A stretch of 64,000 nt of DNA from Candidatus Eiseniibacteriota bacterium. GTDB lineage: Bacteria; Eisenbacteria; RBG-16-71-46. A program made the translations under genes and the position numbers. The DNA lies in the NCBI GenBank assembly GCA_044222065.1, contig JBGAOA010000009.1, positions 1 through 64,000 of the forward strand, in the 5' to 3' direction. Shown here piece after piece: positions 34,563-45,497 of this stretch. The stretch's first letter is position 1, and the number at the start of each line of letters is the position of its first letter. The notes below the pieces were generated by a model. That model ran no database searches. It was not told where the DNA came from and saw only the letters and a program-made list of their open reading frames with translations.

Positions 34563-36169
34563 CGCCTCCGCGCGAGAAGCCCGCGGAATCGCCGCCGCGC
34601 CTCACGCCGTCGTGGATCCCGGTGCGTCCCGTGTACGGGCGCGACGACCTGCCGCGCGATCTCGAGCGGCGCGCGCCGCGTCCCGGCGACCCGCCGTACA
34701 CGCGCGGCATCCATCCCACGATGTACCGCTCGCGGCTCTGGACGATGCGCCAGTACGCGGGCTTCGGCTCCGCCGCGCAGACGAACGAACGCTTCCGTTA
34801 CCTGCTCGAGCAGGGCCAGACCGGACTGTCGGTCGCGTTCGACCTGCCGACCCAGATGGGCTACGACAGCGACCACGTGCTCGCGCGCGGCGAGGTCGGC
34901 AAGGTCGGCGTCGCGATCTCGTGCCTCGCCGACATGGAGACGCTGCTCGACGGGCTGCCGCTCGACCGCGTGACGACCTCGATGACGATCAACGCCACGG
35001 CGCCGCTGCTGCTGGCGTTCTACGTCGCGGTCGCCGACGCGCGCGGCATCGCGCGCGGCACGCTCGGCGGCACGGTGCAGAACGACGTGCTGAAGGAATA
35101 CATCGCGCGCGGCACGTACATCTATCCGCCCGAGCCGAGCCTGCGGCTCATCACGGACGTGTTCGAGTTCACCGCCGACGAAGTGCCGCAGTGGAACGCG
35201 ATCTCGGTGAGCGGCTACCACATGCGCGAAGCGGGCTCGACGGCGGTGCAGGAGATCGCGTTCACGCTCGCCGACGGGCTCGCGTACCTCGAGGCGGCGA
35301 AGCGGCGCGGGCTCGACGTCGAACGCATCGCGCGGCGCACCTCGTTCTTCTTCAACGCGCACAACCACCTGTTCGAGGAGGTCGCGAAGTTCCGCGCCGC
35401 GCGCCGGCTGTGGGCGCTCCTGCTGCGGGAGCGCTTCGGCGTGAAGGAGCCCGAGGCGCTGAAGCTGCGCTTCCACACCCAGACCGCGGGCTCGATGCTC
35501 ACCGCCCAGCAGCCGCTCAACAACGTCGTGCGCGTCGCGGTGCAGGCGCTCGCGGCCGTGCTCGGCGGCACGCAGTCCCTGCACACGAATTCGTTCGACG
35601 AAGCGCTCGGACTGCCGGGCCGGGATTCGGCGCGGCTCGCGCTCCGCACGCAGCAGGTGCTCGCGCACGAGAGCGGCGTCACGGACGCGGCCGATCCGCT
35701 CGCGGGCAGCTACTGGGTCGAGTCGCTCACGGCGCAGCTCGAGGACGGCGCGCGCGCGCTGCTCGCCGAGATCGACCGCCAGGGCGGCATGCTCGAGGCG
35801 ATCCGCACCGGCTGGGTGCAGCAGCGCATCCACGAGGCCGCGTACCGCTGGCAGCGCGAGGTCGAGTCGGGCGAGCGCACGATCGTCGGCGTGAACCGCT
35901 ACACGGACGACACGCCGGCCTCGGCGCCGCCGTTCCGTCCCGATCCGGCCGTCGAGCGCGAGCGCGCGGCGTTCCTCGCCGCGTGGCGCAGCGAGCGGAG
36001 CGCGTTCCACACCGCCGCGGCGGTGAAGCGCCTCGAACAGGCGGCGCGCGGCGACGACAACCTGATGCCGCCGATCCTCGACGCGCTGAAGGCGCACGCG
36101 ACGCTCGGCGAAGTGTGCGACGCGCTGCGCCGCGTGTTCGGCACCTACCAGCCGGGGCACGCGCTGTGA
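34559..36169 (+). CDS. Methylmalonyl-CoA mutase, substrate-binding large subunit
   Basis: [21 protein letters not shown] (Tyr), [14 protein letters not shown] (Arg), [18 protein letters not shown]; no B12-binding domain. Confidence 0.93.
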   Translation: MTPPREKPAESPPRLTPSWIPVRPVYGRDDLPRDLERRAPRPGDPPYTRGIHPTMYRSRLWTMRQYAGFGSAAQTNERFRYLLEQGQTGLSVAFDLPTQMGYDSDHVLARGEVGKVGVAISCLADMETLLDGLPLDRVTTSMTINATAPLLLAFYVAVADARGIARGTLGGTVQNDVLKEYIARGTYIYPPEPSLRLITDVFEFTADEVPQWNAISVSGYHMREAGSTAVQEIAFTLADGLAYLEAAKRRGLDVERIARRTSFFFNAHNHLFEEVAKFRAARRLWALLLRERFGVKEPEALKLRFHTQTAGSMLTAQQPLNNVVRVAVQALAAVLGGTQSLHTNSFDEALGLPGRDSARLALRTQQVLAHESGVTDAADPLAGSYWVESLTAQLEDGARALLAEIDRQGGMLEAIRTGWVQQRIHEAAYRWQREVESGERTIVGVNRYTDDTPASAPPFRPDPAVERERAAFLAAWRSERSAFHTAAAVKRLEQAARGDDNLMPPILDALKAHATLGEVCDALRRVFGTYQPGHAL

Positions 36170-36624
36170 GCGCGGCCGGGAACCCCGAGCCGGGAGGCGG
36201 CGGCGTGCGCGCGCTGTCGCACGTCGCGATCGCGACGCGCGAAGCCGACGCGCTCGCGGCCCGGCTCGAGGCGGCGTTCGGAGCGGCGCGCGGCGGCGAG
36301 GAGATCCTGGACGGCGGCACGTTGCGCGTCGTGTTCGTGCACGCGGGTCCGGTGACGTTCGAGCTGCTCGAACCGCGCTCGCCCGAGCACACCGTCGCGC
36401 GCTTCCTCGAGACGCGCGGGCCGGGGCTCCATCACGTGAGCCTCGAGGTCGCCGACGTCGCGCGCACGCTCGCGGACGCCGAGGCGGCCGGCGCCCAGCT
36501 CGTCGATCGCGCGCCGCGACCGGGCGCCCACGGTTCGAACGTCGCGTTCCTGCACCCGAAGAGCTTCGGCGGCGTGTTGTTCGAATTGTGCCGCCCTGCG
36601 TCGCCGGACGAGCTCGCGCGCTAG
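36166..36624 (+). CDS. mce: Methylmalonyl-CoA epimerase
   Basis: [38 protein letters not shown]. Confidence 0.92.
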   Translation: MSAAGNPEPGGGGVRALSHVAIATREADALAARLEAAFGAARGGEEILDGGTLRVVFVHAGPVTFELLEPRSPEHTVARFLETRGPGLHHVSLEVADVARTLADAEAAGAQLVDRAPRPGAHGSNVAFLHPKSFGGVLFELCRPASPDELAR

Positions 36625-36885
36625 GTTCGCCCGCTGCCCCCCACGCCGGGCACGCGCGGAATCCGGTCCGCCGGAATTCGCGCGCCGCGGCCGCGCTCGA
36701 CCAGGGGATTCCCGACCGCGCGCGCTCGGGCGCCGCGGGAGGCCGGCCGGGCTAGGGTCCGGGGACCCGGGCCGTCCGATTTCCCGCGGGCGACGGGCGC
36801 GCTACACTTTTCGCCGCCCGGCCGCCCTGCACACGCTCCCGGTCGCCCGACCGGCCGCACACTTCCTCCTGGGACGCCTCCGAAC

Positions 36886-38568
36886 ATGCTCCGTTTCCCC
36901 CGCTGCCTCCGGCACGCCGCGCTGTGCGCGCTGCCGTGCCTCGTCGCGCTCACGCCTCCCGCCGCGCACGCGATCCTCCTGCCCTCGGGCTTCTCCGACT
37001 CGACGCTGCCGTTCTCGTTCTCGTTCCCGACGGATCTCGCGTTCCTGCCCGACGGCCGCATGGTCGTTGCCGAGAAGCGCGGACAAGTCTGGATCGTGGA
37101 CGCCGCCGGCGCGGGCCGCACGCTGCTCTGGGACGGACAGAACGAGGTGCTCAACAACGCCGAGGTCGGGCTGATGGGCGTGACCGTGCACCCCGACTTT
37201 GCGAACCACCCCTGGCTCTTCCTGCTCTACACCTGCGATCCCGACTCGGGCACCGGCGGCCAGGACACGCGCACGTACAGCTGGGGCCGGCTGACGCGCT
37301 ACACGTTCACCTCGCCGAGCGCGAACACGCTCAGCGCCGCCTCGCGCACCGTGCTGATCGGAAAGTCGTGGGCCGACGGCTGGGTCAACACGACCGGTCA
37401 CCACCACGTGGACGATCTCGCGTGGGGACGCGACGGCACGCTGTTCGTGTCGGCGGGCGACGGCTCGACGTTCGAGTTCCCCGACGCGGGCGGCGAGTTC
37501 CCCGAGCCGTTCGCAGCCGGGCGCTTCCCGGCGAGCGAGGACATCGGCGCGTTCCGCGCGCAGAACATCTCGAGCCTGAGCGGCAAGGTGCTCCGAATCG
37601 ACCCCGCGACCGGGCTCGGCCTGTCGAGCAATCCCTACTGGGACGGCAACGGCGGCTCGGTCCGCTCGCGCGTCTGGGGGTACGGCTTCCGCAATCCCTA
37701 CCGCCTCGCGTTCAAGCCGCTCACCGGCGTGACGGATCCATCGAAGGGCGAGCCGGGCACGCTCTACGTGGGCGACGTCGGCTGGGACCGCTGGGAAGAG
37801 CTCAGCGTGGCGCAGTACGGCGGCATCAACTTCGGCTGGCCGTGCCGCGAGGGCCTGCACACGGTGCCCGAGTACATCGCGGCGACGCCGCCCACGTTCG
37901 GCTGCGCGACGCTCAACACGCCCGCGAATCCCGGGCCGGTCGTGTGGCCCGTGCTCGACTACAGCCACACGACTGCGTCGAACAGCTCGCCGCCGGGAAC
38001 GCTCGGCGACGTGATCATCGGCGGCGTGTTCTACGACGCCTACGCGTATCCGGATCCGTGGCGGCGCCGCTTCTTCTACGGCGACACCGACTGGGGCTGG
38101 ATCCGCGCGGTCCAGACGAACGCCGCGGACCAGGTCGTGAACTCCCTCCCGTTCGCCGACGAAGTGGACGCGGTCGTGAGCTTCGCCGCGAGTCCGCTCA
38201 CGGGCGACCTGTGGTACGCGTCGGTGTGGTCGGGCCAGGTGCACCGCATTCGCTACACGGGCACGCTCGACGCGGGCGAGCCGGCGCCGCCGGCGTTCGC
38301 GCTCTCGGCCGCGCGGCCGAACCCGACGCGCGCGGGCATCCGCCTCGCGGTCGCGCTGCCGTCCGCCGCCGACGTGGCGCTCGCGATCGTCGATCCGCAG
38401 GGCCGCAGCGTGTGGTCCGGCGCCTCGGAACGCCACGGCGCGGGCGACGTGCGCCTCGAGTGGAACGGTCTCGACCGCGACGGCGCGCCGGTTCCGCCGG
38501 GGCTCTACTTCGCGCGCGTCACCGTGGACCGCGTCGCGCGCGCTCGCCGCTTCGCCGTCGTGCGCTGA
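36886..38568 (+). CDS. Secreted PQQ-dependent glucose/sorbosone dehydrogenase-like beta-propeller with T9SS-type/FlgD-Ig C-terminal domain
   Basis: PTDLAFLPDGR, SLSGKVLRIDP, YGFRNPYR, GDVGWDRWEE, NFGWPCREG; C-terminus RPNP...GLYFARV...RRFAVVR. Confidence 0.88.
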   Translation: MLRFPRCLRHAALCALPCLVALTPPAAHAILLPSGFSDSTLPFSFSFPTDLAFLPDGRMVVAEKRGQVWIVDAAGAGRTLLWDGQNEVLNNAEVGLMGVTVHPDFANHPWLFLLYTCDPDSGTGGQDTRTYSWGRLTRYTFTSPSANTLSAASRTVLIGKSWADGWVNTTGHHHVDDLAWGRDGTLFVSAGDGSTFEFPDAGGEFPEPFAAGRFPASEDIGAFRAQNISSLSGKVLRIDPATGLGLSSNPYWDGNGGSVRSRVWGYGFRNPYRLAFKPLTGVTDPSKGEPGTLYVGDVGWDRWEELSVAQYGGINFGWPCREGLHTVPEYIAATPPTFGCATLNTPANPGPVVWPVLDYSHTTASNSSPPGTLGDVIIGGVFYDAYAYPDPWRRRFFYGDTDWGWIRAVQTNAADQVVNSLPFADEVDAVVSFAASPLTGDLWYASVWSGQVHRIRYTGTLDAGEPAPPAFALSAARPNPTRAGIRLAVALPSAADVALAIVDPQGRSVWSGASERHGAGDVRLEWNGLDRDGAPVPPGLYFARVTVDRVARARRFAVVR

Positions 38569-38766
38569 GGTTTCGGGGCCGTCCGCGAGCGGCCCCGGCG
38601 AGGAACCGGCGCGGATCCCGGGCGAGGTCCGACACGTTCCAGCTTGGCGGAAATCGTTTCCGATCGTAGGCTGAGATCGTCGTATGGATCTCCCTAGCGT
38701 CCCCGGCGTCGCTTCGTTCCCTCGCGCACCGTCTCCGGGACGTCCCCCCAGGGTCAGGAATCCCCC

Positions 38767-39033
38767 ATGCACATCCTCGGGTCCATCGTCGTCGGCCTCA
38801 TCGCCGGGGCGCTCGCGAAGTTCATCATGCCGGGCAAGGACCCGGGCGGCGTCCTCATCACCATCGGTCTCGGCATCGCGGGCGCGGTCGTCGCGAACTT
38901 CGTCGGCGGCGCGCTCGGCTGGTACGGCGGCGGCAGGACGGCCGGCGTGTTCGGCTCGACGATCGGAGCGCTGCTGCTGCTCGCCGCCTATCGCATGATG
39001 GCGACCGGGCGCGACGAGACGAAGAGCAGCTGA
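38767..39033 (+). CDS. GlsB/YeaQ/YmgE family membrane protein
   Basis: IVVGLIAGALAKFIMPGKDPGG...IGLGIAGAVV. Confidence 0.92.
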   Translation: MHILGSIVVGLIAGALAKFIMPGKDPGGVLITIGLGIAGAVVANFVGGALGWYGGGRTAGVFGSTIGALLLLAAYRMMATGRDETKSS

Positions 39034-39049
39034 CGCGCCGCGGCGCGAA

Positions 39050-40489
39050 CTAGCGCTCGAGCAGCGCGGGCATCAGCCGGCGGCCGAGGTCGCCGACGAG
39101 CAGACGGTCCGGATCCACGCGCTTCTTGATCTCGAGGAAGCGCGTGAGCCGCTCGCCGTAGGCGCGCGCGTACTCGCCGGCCGACAGCACGGAGTCCTTG
39201 GCCGGGTAGAACGTGCCGCCCGCGTCGAGCACCATCGCCGTCAGTTCGCGCGTGAGCGACGTGAGCGGCGCCCACTCGCCGCGGCGCACGGGCAGGTCGA
39301 GCGCGAGCGACCAGCCGTCCAGTCCGTGCGAGAGCAGGTACTCGTCGGGCCGGTGGCGCTTGAACACGCCGAGGTACGACACGATGCCGCGCTTCTGGCA
39401 GTGGCGCAGCAGCTCCGGCATCGCCTCGCGCGCGGTCGAGTCCGGCAGGAACACCTGGTACTGGATGAACCCGGCGGAGCCGTACGCGAGGCGCCAGTTC
39501 GGCACGTAGTCGAGCAGGAACGCGAACGCGACGTGCGAGTCGAGGAACGTGCCGTCGTGCGAGAACGGCGCCTCCGGCATGTGGTACTTGAGCGCGTTGA
39601 CGAGCCGCATGCCGAAGTCGTTCGTGAACGGCTTCATGAAGCGCCACAGGATCGCGCGAGGCACGCCGAAGATGTGGCCCGGGAGGCCCTGGTTCTCGGC
39701 GTGGAAGCCGGCCGGCCCCTCGGGATCCTCGTGCGCGTGCAGGTAATCGGCCCGGTGCACGAGGCCGCGGCCGAGGCCTGCGTCGCCCGCGAAGCAGTCC
39801 ACCCACCCGACGAGGTAGTCGGAGTGCGGCAGGTGCTCCTCGAACTGGTCGAACATCTCGGCCAGCGAACGCGACTGGATCGGGAGCACGCGCAGATGCC
39901 CGCTCTCGATCTTCTTGAGCTTGAGCCGAACGCGCGTGACGAAGCCGAGCAGGCCGAGCCCCGCGATCGTCGCGCGGAACAGCTCGGGCTCGCGTTCGCG
40001 CGACAGCGTCTTCAGTTCGCCGCGCGGCGTGAGCAGGTCGAGTTCGAGCACGTGGTCGCCGAACGGCCCGGCCTTGAAGCAGTTCTTGCCGTGGATGTTC
40101 ATCGCGACGCACCCGCCCATCGTCGGGAACATCGTGCCCGGCACGACCGCGGGCCAGTAGCCGTCCTGGATCGTGCGGCGCCACAGGCCTTCGATCGTCA
40201 TGCCCGCCTCGAGGTCCGCCACGCCCTCGATCGGATCCCACCTGAGCATGCGGTCCATGCCGCGGTTGTCCACGACGAGGCCGCCGCCGTTGAGCGAGGC
40301 GTCGCCATAGCTCCGGCCCGAACCGCGGAAGACGATGCTCAACCCCTCCTCGCGCGCGCGCCGGAACGTGTCGGCCAGTTCCTCGACGCTCTTCGGACAC
40401 ACCCAGCGCGACGCCGCGCGCTGCGCGGAGCCGAAGCCCTCGAGCACGCGCCAGGGGGCGCTCGATCGGAGCGACGGGAGGGCGGACAT
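39050..40489 (-). CDS. FAD-binding oxidoreductase, DprE1-like
   Basis: RGSGRSYGDAS, VVPGT, GGCVAMNIHGKN, GLGLLG, VGWVD, GRG, YGSAGFIQYQ, GWSLALD, YPAKDS. Confidence 0.85.
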   Translation of the reverse strand: MSALPSLRSSAPWRVLEGFGSAQRAASRWVCPKSVEELADTFRRAREEGLSIVFRGSGRSYGDASLNGGGLVVDNRGMDRMLRWDPIEGVADLEAGMTIEGLWRRTIQDGYWPAVVPGTMFPTMGGCVAMNIHGKNCFKAGPFGDHVLELDLLTPRGELKTLSREREPELFRATIAGLGLLGFVTRVRLKLKKIESGHLRVLPIQSRSLAEMFDQFEEHLPHSDYLVGWVDCFAGDAGLGRGLVHRADYLHAHEDPEGPAGFHAENQGLPGHIFGVPRAILWRFMKPFTNDFGMRLVNALKYHMPEAPFSHDGTFLDSHVAFAFLLDYVPNWRLAYGSAGFIQYQVFLPDSTAREAMPELLRHCQKRGIVSYLGVFKRHRPDEYLLSHGLDGWSLALDLPVRRGEWAPLTSLTRELTAMVLDAGGTFYPAKDSVLSAGEYARAYGERLTRFLEIKKRVDPDRLLVGDLGRRLMPALLER

Positions 40490-40491
40490 GG

Positions 40492-41256
40492 TCAGAAGTT
40501 GAGCCTCCGGAACAGGAACGACGGCAGGTGGCGCACGATCATCGCGACGAGGCCCCAGCGCGCGGGCACGAACACGTCGGGGCTGCCGCCGCTCGCGGCG
40601 GTTCCGAGGATGATTTCGGCCGCCCGGTCGGCGCTGATGAGCCAGAAGAGTCCGCGCATGCCGTGCGTCATCGCGGTGTCCACGTAGCCCGGCTTCACGG
40701 TGACGACGTTCACGCCGTAGCGCGACACGCGGTTGCGCAGCGCCTCCCAGTAGGCGGACAGCGCCGCCTTCGACGTCGTGTAGCCCGGGTTCGTGCGCCG
40801 GCCGCGCGTGCCGGCGATGCTCGAGATCGCGACCATCGTTCCCGAGCGCTGCGCCTCGAAGAACGCCGCCGCGGGGTTCGCCCACGCCATCGCGCCGAGC
40901 AGGTTCACCTCGACCATCTGGCGCTCCTTCGCGAACTCGTAGTGATGCTCCTCCGACGCGTGCTGGAGTCCCGCGGCGTAGACGACGAGGTCGAGTCCGC
41001 CCAGGTCCTTCACGAGACGCTCGAACAGCGCCGGCACGTCGTCGTAAGCGGTCGCGTCGTGGCGCACGACGAGCGCGCGCCCCTTCCCCGCCGACTGGAT
41101 CGCGTTCGCGACCGACTGGAGTTCCGACTCGCGGCGACCGAGCAGCGCGACGGCCGCGCCGCCCGCGGCGAGACGCTTCGCGATCGCGGCGCCGACACCG
41201 GACGAGGCGCCGACGACGATGGCCTTCGAAAACGTGAGGGACAAGGGACTCTCCAC
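40492..41256 (-). CDS. SDR oxidoreductase, DprE2-like
   Basis: GASSGVG, ISSIAGTRGRRTNPGYTTSK, VKPGYVDTAMT; lies 2 bp from the DprE1-like gene. Confidence 0.82.
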   Translation of the reverse strand: MESPLSLTFSKAIVVGASSGVGAAIAKRLAAGGAAVALLGRRESELQSVANAIQSAGKGRALVVRHDATAYDDVPALFERLVKDLGGLDLVVYAAGLQHASEEHHYEFAKERQMVEVNLLGAMAWANPAAAFFEAQRSGTMVAISSIAGTRGRRTNPGYTTSKAALSAYWEALRNRVSRYGVNVVTVKPGYVDTAMTHGMRGLFWLISADRAAEIILGTAASGGSPDVFVPARWGLVAMIVRHLPSFLFRRLNF

Positions 41257-41490
41257 GAATGAGCCGCCGCATCCGGGGCCGGGTCAGGGCCGGCGGTACC
41301 GGGCCGGGCGGGTGCGGGCGCCGTCGAGCGGGAGGCGCGTCGCCCGCGGGTTATCGGCCGCTCGAAGCGGGCCTTTCACGCTGAGTGGCAGGGAGATAAC
41401 CCGAGCGGCGAGGCGGGCGTCAAACGCGACGTCGGGCGGACTGGCTCGGCGGCCGGGGCAGGACGCCCCGAACCGCGCGAGCGGCGCGGC

Positions 41491-42642
41491 TCAGACCGTG
41501 ACGCCGTCCTTGAGGATGCTGCGCGCGATCACGAGGCGCTGGATCTCGGAGGCGCCCTCGTAGATCTCCATGACGCGCGCGTCGCGGTAATAGCGCTCGA
41601 CCGCGTACTCCTTCACGTAGCCGTAGCCGCCGTGCACCTGGATCGCCTGGTGCGTGACCCACGTAGCGGCTTCGCTCGCGTAGAGCTTCGCCATCGCCGC
41701 CTCGCGCGAGTACGGCCGACCGGAGTCGCGAAGCCATGCGGCCTTCTGGATGAGAAGGCGAGAACACTGGATGCGCCGCTCCATCTCGGCGAGCTTGAAC
41801 TGGATCGCCTGGATCTTCGCGATCGGTCCCCCGAACGCCCGGCGCTGCTGCGCGTACTTCACGGCCTCGGCGAACGCCGCGCGCATCACGCCGAGCGCCT
41901 GCGCGCCGACGCCGATGCGTCCCGCATCGAGCGCGCCGAGTGCGATCTTCAGACCTTCGCCCTCGCCGCCGAGGCGGTTCGCCACGGGCACGCGCAGGTC
42001 TTCGAGCGAGAGCGACACCGTATCGCTGCCGCGCAGCCCCATCTTGTCCTCGGCCTTGCCGACGACGAGCCCGGGCGTCCCGCGCTCGACGATGAACGCC
42101 GATAGCCCGTGGCTGCCGGCGTCCGCCGCCGTGCGCGCGAAGATCACGTAGACGCTCGAACGGAGCCCGTTCGTCACCCAGTTCTTGCTGCCGTTCAGCA
42201 CGTACGCGTCGCCGTCGCGGCGCGCCGTCGCCTGCAGCGCGCCCGCGTCGGAGCCCGCCTCGGGCTCGGACAGCGAGAACGCCGCCAGCTCCTTCGTCGC
42301 GAGCCGCGGCAGGAAGCGCTTCTTCTGGTCCTCGGTGCCGAAGCGGAAGATCGGCAGCAGTCCGACCGAGTTGTGCACCGCGATCATGATCGCGAGCGCG
42401 GCGGAGCAGTACGCGATCTCCTCGACGACGAGCGCGAGCGTGCGCGCGTCGTAACCGACGCCGCCGAGTTCCTCGGGCAGCGCCATGCTCAGGAAGCCCT
42501 GCTCGGCGAGTGTCTGGAGCGCCGAGTTCGGCACGTCGGCTTCGCGGTCCCAGGCGGCGGCGTGCGGCGCGAACTCCTTCGCGCACAGCTCGCGCACGAG
42601 GTCGCGGATTTCGGTCTGCTCGGGCGTGAGGTCGAGGTTCAT
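41491..42642 (-). CDS. Acyl-CoA dehydrogenase (short/branched-chain type)
   Basis: LSEPEAGSD, NGSKNWVTN, KMGLRGS, IQVHGGYGY, IYEGASEIQR. Confidence 0.95.
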   Translation of the reverse strand: MNLDLTPEQTEIRDLVRELCAKEFAPHAAAWDREADVPNSALQTLAEQGFLSMALPEELGGVGYDARTLALVVEEIAYCSAALAIMIAVHNSVGLLPIFRFGTEDQKKRFLPRLATKELAAFSLSEPEAGSDAGALQATARRDGDAYVLNGSKNWVTNGLRSSVYVIFARTAADAGSHGLSAFIVERGTPGLVVGKAEDKMGLRGSDTVSLSLEDLRVPVANRLGGEGEGLKIALGALDAGRIGVGAQALGVMRAAFAEAVKYAQQRRAFGGPIAKIQAIQFKLAEMERRIQCSRLLIQKAAWLRDSGRPYSREAAMAKLYASEAATWVTHQAIQVHGGYGYVKEYAVERYYRDARVMEIYEGASEIQRLVIARSILKDGVTV

Positions 42643-42667
42643 GGCGTTTCTCCGGTGTGCCGTTCGA

Positions 42668-43051
42668 TCAGGCCGGCACCGTGTCGCGGTGTTCGCGGAA
42701 GCCGAGCAGCGCGATCAGCGCGATGACGCCCATGACGCTCGGTCCGACCGGATGGAGCAGCGACAGCACCGCGGCGAGCAGCACGAGCGGGTACGCGCGA
42801 CCGTCGCCGGCCCACAGCCCCGGCACGCCCGCGAGCCACAGCAGGCCCACGAACGCCTTGAGCGCCGGCATCAGCCAGCCCGGGAGCCCCATCTTCTGGC
42901 CGAGCGTCACCCACGGGCCGAGCTGGCCGACGAGGTTGAAACTCTCGTTCGTCCAGAACGGGTAGATGCCCTGGAACAAGAACGTGAGGCCCGGGTACAG
43001 CGCGCACGCGGTCAGGATGACGAGCGCGACGGGTCGGACGGGTCGGGTCAT
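42668..43051 (-). CDS. Hypothetical membrane protein
   Basis: MTRPVRPVALVIL after GGAGG; three or four hydrophobic segments. Confidence 0.7.
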   Translation of the reverse strand: MTRPVRPVALVILTACALYPGLTFLFQGIYPFWTNESFNLVGQLGPWVTLGQKMGLPGWLMPALKAFVGLLWLAGVPGLWAGDGRAYPLVLLAAVLSLLHPVGPSVMGVIALIALLGFREHRDTVPA

Positions 43052-43112
43052 GTCGTGTGCTTCCTCCGGTTCGGCGCCCCGCGTTCGCGGTGCCTTGTCC
43101 ATCCCCCGGGCG

Positions 43113-44303
43113 TCACGCGCCGAGGGCGTTCTCCTTCAATACCTGACCGGCGACGACCATCTTCTGGACCTCGGTCGTGCCTTCGTAGAGTTCGGTGATG
43201 CGCGCGTCGCGCCAGTAGCGCTCGACGTGGAACTCGGCGAGGTAGCCGTAGCCGCCGTGCACCTGGATCGCCCAGTTCGACACCCTCGTCGCGGCCTCGG
43301 CCGCGTGCCACTTCGCGAGCGAGGCTTCCTTCGTGTTCGGCCGGCCCTGGTCGCGCAGCCACGCCGCCTGGTAGACGAGCAGCCGCGACGTCGCGACCTC
43401 GATCGCGGAGTCGGCGAGCATGTGCCGGATCGCGTCGAACTCGCCGATCTTGCGGTCGAACTGCTCGCGCTCGTTCGCGTAGCGCACCGCGGCCTCGAGC
43501 GACGCCTGCGCGATGCCGAGCGCCTGCGCGGCGATGCCGATGCGGCCGCCGCCGAGCGTGGCGAGCGCGACCGAATATCCCTTGTTGTGCTCGCCGAGCA
43601 GGTTTTCCTTCGGCACGCGCACGTTCTCGAGGTGGATCTCGCGCGTGTCCGAGGCGTGGATGCCGAGCTTGTGCTCCTTCTTGCCCTTCTTCACGCCCGG
43701 CGAGTCGGCGTCCACGATGAACGCGCTGATGCCCTTGGGGCCGAGCGCGCGATCGGTCGCGGCGTAGACGATCATCACGTCCGACGGCCCGGCCGTCGTG
43801 ATGAAGATCTTCGCGCCGTTCAGCACGTAGTCGCCGCCGTCGATCACGGCGGTCGTCTGCTGGTTCGCGGCGTTGCTGCCGGCGTTGGGCTCGGTCAGGC
43901 AGTAGCAGCCGAGCTTCTCGCCCTTCGCGATCGGCACGAGGTACTTCTGCTTCTGAGCTTCGTTGCCGTAGGCGAGGAGCGGATAGCACACGAGCGAGTT
44001 GTTCACGGACGCGATCACGCCGTGGCTCGCGCACACGCGCGACAGCTCCTCGATCGCGATCACGTACGAGACGTAGTCCACGCCCACGCCGCCGTACTGT
44101 TCCGGCACGAACATTCCGAGCAGGCCGAGCTCGGCCATCTTCTTCACGTTCTCGGCCGGGAACTCGTGCGTCTCGTCGATCCGGGCTGCGATCGGACGGA
44201 TTTCGCTCTCGGCGAAATCCCGCACCATGTCGCGGATCTGCTGCTGCTCTTCGGTGAGATCGAACGCGAGGCCGGCCGTGCCGGCGAGAGTCTCGGGAGT
44301 CAT
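43113..44303 (-). CDS. Acyl-CoA dehydrogenase (butyryl-CoA type)
   Basis: [42 protein letters not shown]. Confidence 0.95.
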   Translation of the reverse strand: MTPETLAGTAGLAFDLTEEQQQIRDMVRDFAESEIRPIAARIDETHEFPAENVKKMAELGLLGMFVPEQYGGVGVDYVSYVIAIEELSRVCASHGVIASVNNSLVCYPLLAYGNEAQKQKYLVPIAKGEKLGCYCLTEPNAGSNAANQQTTAVIDGGDYVLNGAKIFITTAGPSDVMIVYAATDRALGPKGISAFIVDADSPGVKKGKKEHKLGIHASDTREIHLENVRVPKENLLGEHNKGYSVALATLGGGRIGIAAQALGIAQASLEAAVRYANEREQFDRKIGEFDAIRHMLADSAIEVATSRLLVYQAAWLRDQGRPNTKEASLAKWHAAEAATRVSNWAIQVHGGYGYLAEFHVERYWRDARITELYEGTTEVQKMVVAGQVLKENALGA

Positions 44304-44502
44304 GGGAGGCCTGATTGCGGGAGCGGGCTCGGGCTCCGGGCGGAGCCGTGGCGAAGCGGGCCGGATTCTACACAACCGAGCCCCGAACGCCACGCGGGCC
44401 CCGACGCTCCCTGGAGCGCGCGATTTGTCCGACCCCAGCGAGAGGCTGCGGGGTATGCTTTCGTCGATCGGGTCTCGCAGCACCCCTCGAAAGGAGACTT
44501 CC

Positions 44503-45471
44503 GTGCGCCGCACCGCCCTCGTTCTCGTGGGCGCCTCTCTGTTCGCAGCCCTGCTCCATGGCTGCGGACACGAGGCTCCCGTTGCCCCGCAGTCCGCCGT
44601 CACCGATCTCGATCGCGCCGCGACTCCGCTCGCCGCGACCGACCCCGATCTCGACTCCCGCCCCCGGCTCTTCTACCCGCTCGCGCCCGGCAACCGGTGG
44701 AGCTATGCGGGGCGGAGCCGTTTCCTCCTGAAGAACCCCGGCGAAGCGGACGAGGTCGTGTTCGATGCCGCTCAGTCGCTGGTGTCCGAGCAGGTGTGCG
44801 AGGTGGATCCGGGCACCGGTCCCTACGTCGTCGAAGGAGGCACGCTGGCGCAGGGGGCGAACACGTACCAGTCGTGGCTCTACCTTCGGCAGGATCGTGG
44901 CGGCCTGTACGAACTCGACGGTCCGATCGGCGCCCCCGAGTGCGCCGATCCGGCGGCACTCCGGGCTCCCGTCCGCGGCCGGGCGGACGCGCTCGCCGCG
45001 ACACGCTTCGACCGCATCGCCGATCCGGCGCGCCGCGCCGCATTCGAGCGCGCGCTCGCCACGTTGCGCGCTCGCGTGGCCCTGATCGAGGGCGTGCGCC
45101 CGACGCCGATCGGACGCGCGCCGAACCCGGGTCCGCGCGAGGGCGAGCTCCTGCGCCTCAAGTACCCGCTCCTCCCGGGACAGCACTGGAACGTCCGTCC
45201 CGACGAATCGTTCGGAAGCGTGGTCGAAGGCATCTCACCGATGCTCACGCCGGCGGGACCGTTCCTGGTCCATCGCGTGCGGATGCTCTCGGACCTGTTC
45301 GGCCCGAACGACCGCGTCCTGACGTTCTACAGCCGGCGCGGGATCGTGGGTCATCGCTACCACATGGAGTCCGAAGCGGTGGACGAGTCGGGCAATCCGA
45401 TCGGCAGGCTGATCTGGGACGACACGCTGCTGCTCCAGACGCTGCACCTCGAGCGCGCGCCGGCGCTCTGA
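44503..45471 (+). CDS. Hypothetical lipoprotein
   Basis: GTG after AAGGAG; lipobox LHGC; FYPLAPGNRWSY and KYPLLPGQHW...TPAGPF (DUF3108-like beta fold, tentative). Confidence 0.75.
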   Translation: MRRTALVLVGASLFAALLHGCGHEAPVAPQSAVTDLDRAATPLAATDPDLDSRPRLFYPLAPGNRWSYAGRSRFLLKNPGEADEVVFDAAQSLVSEQVCEVDPGTGPYVVEGGTLAQGANTYQSWLYLRQDRGGLYELDGPIGAPECADPAALRAPVRGRADALAATRFDRIADPARRAAFERALATLRARVALIEGVRPTPIGRAPNPGPREGELLRLKYPLLPGQHWNVRPDESFGSVVEGISPMLTPAGPFLVHRVRMLSDLFGPNDRVLTFYSRRGIVGHRYHMESEAVDESGNPIGRLIWDDTLLLQTLHLERAPAL

Positions 45472-45497
45472 CGCGCGGCGCGGCGCCCGAAACTCGA

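Noticed and set aside
36625..36885. Longer intergenic gaps (also 18944-19195 and 41257-41490) as tRNA or ncRNA genes
   Set aside because: No cloverleaf, T-loop or other recognisable RNA family motif; only generic GC-rich hairpins.
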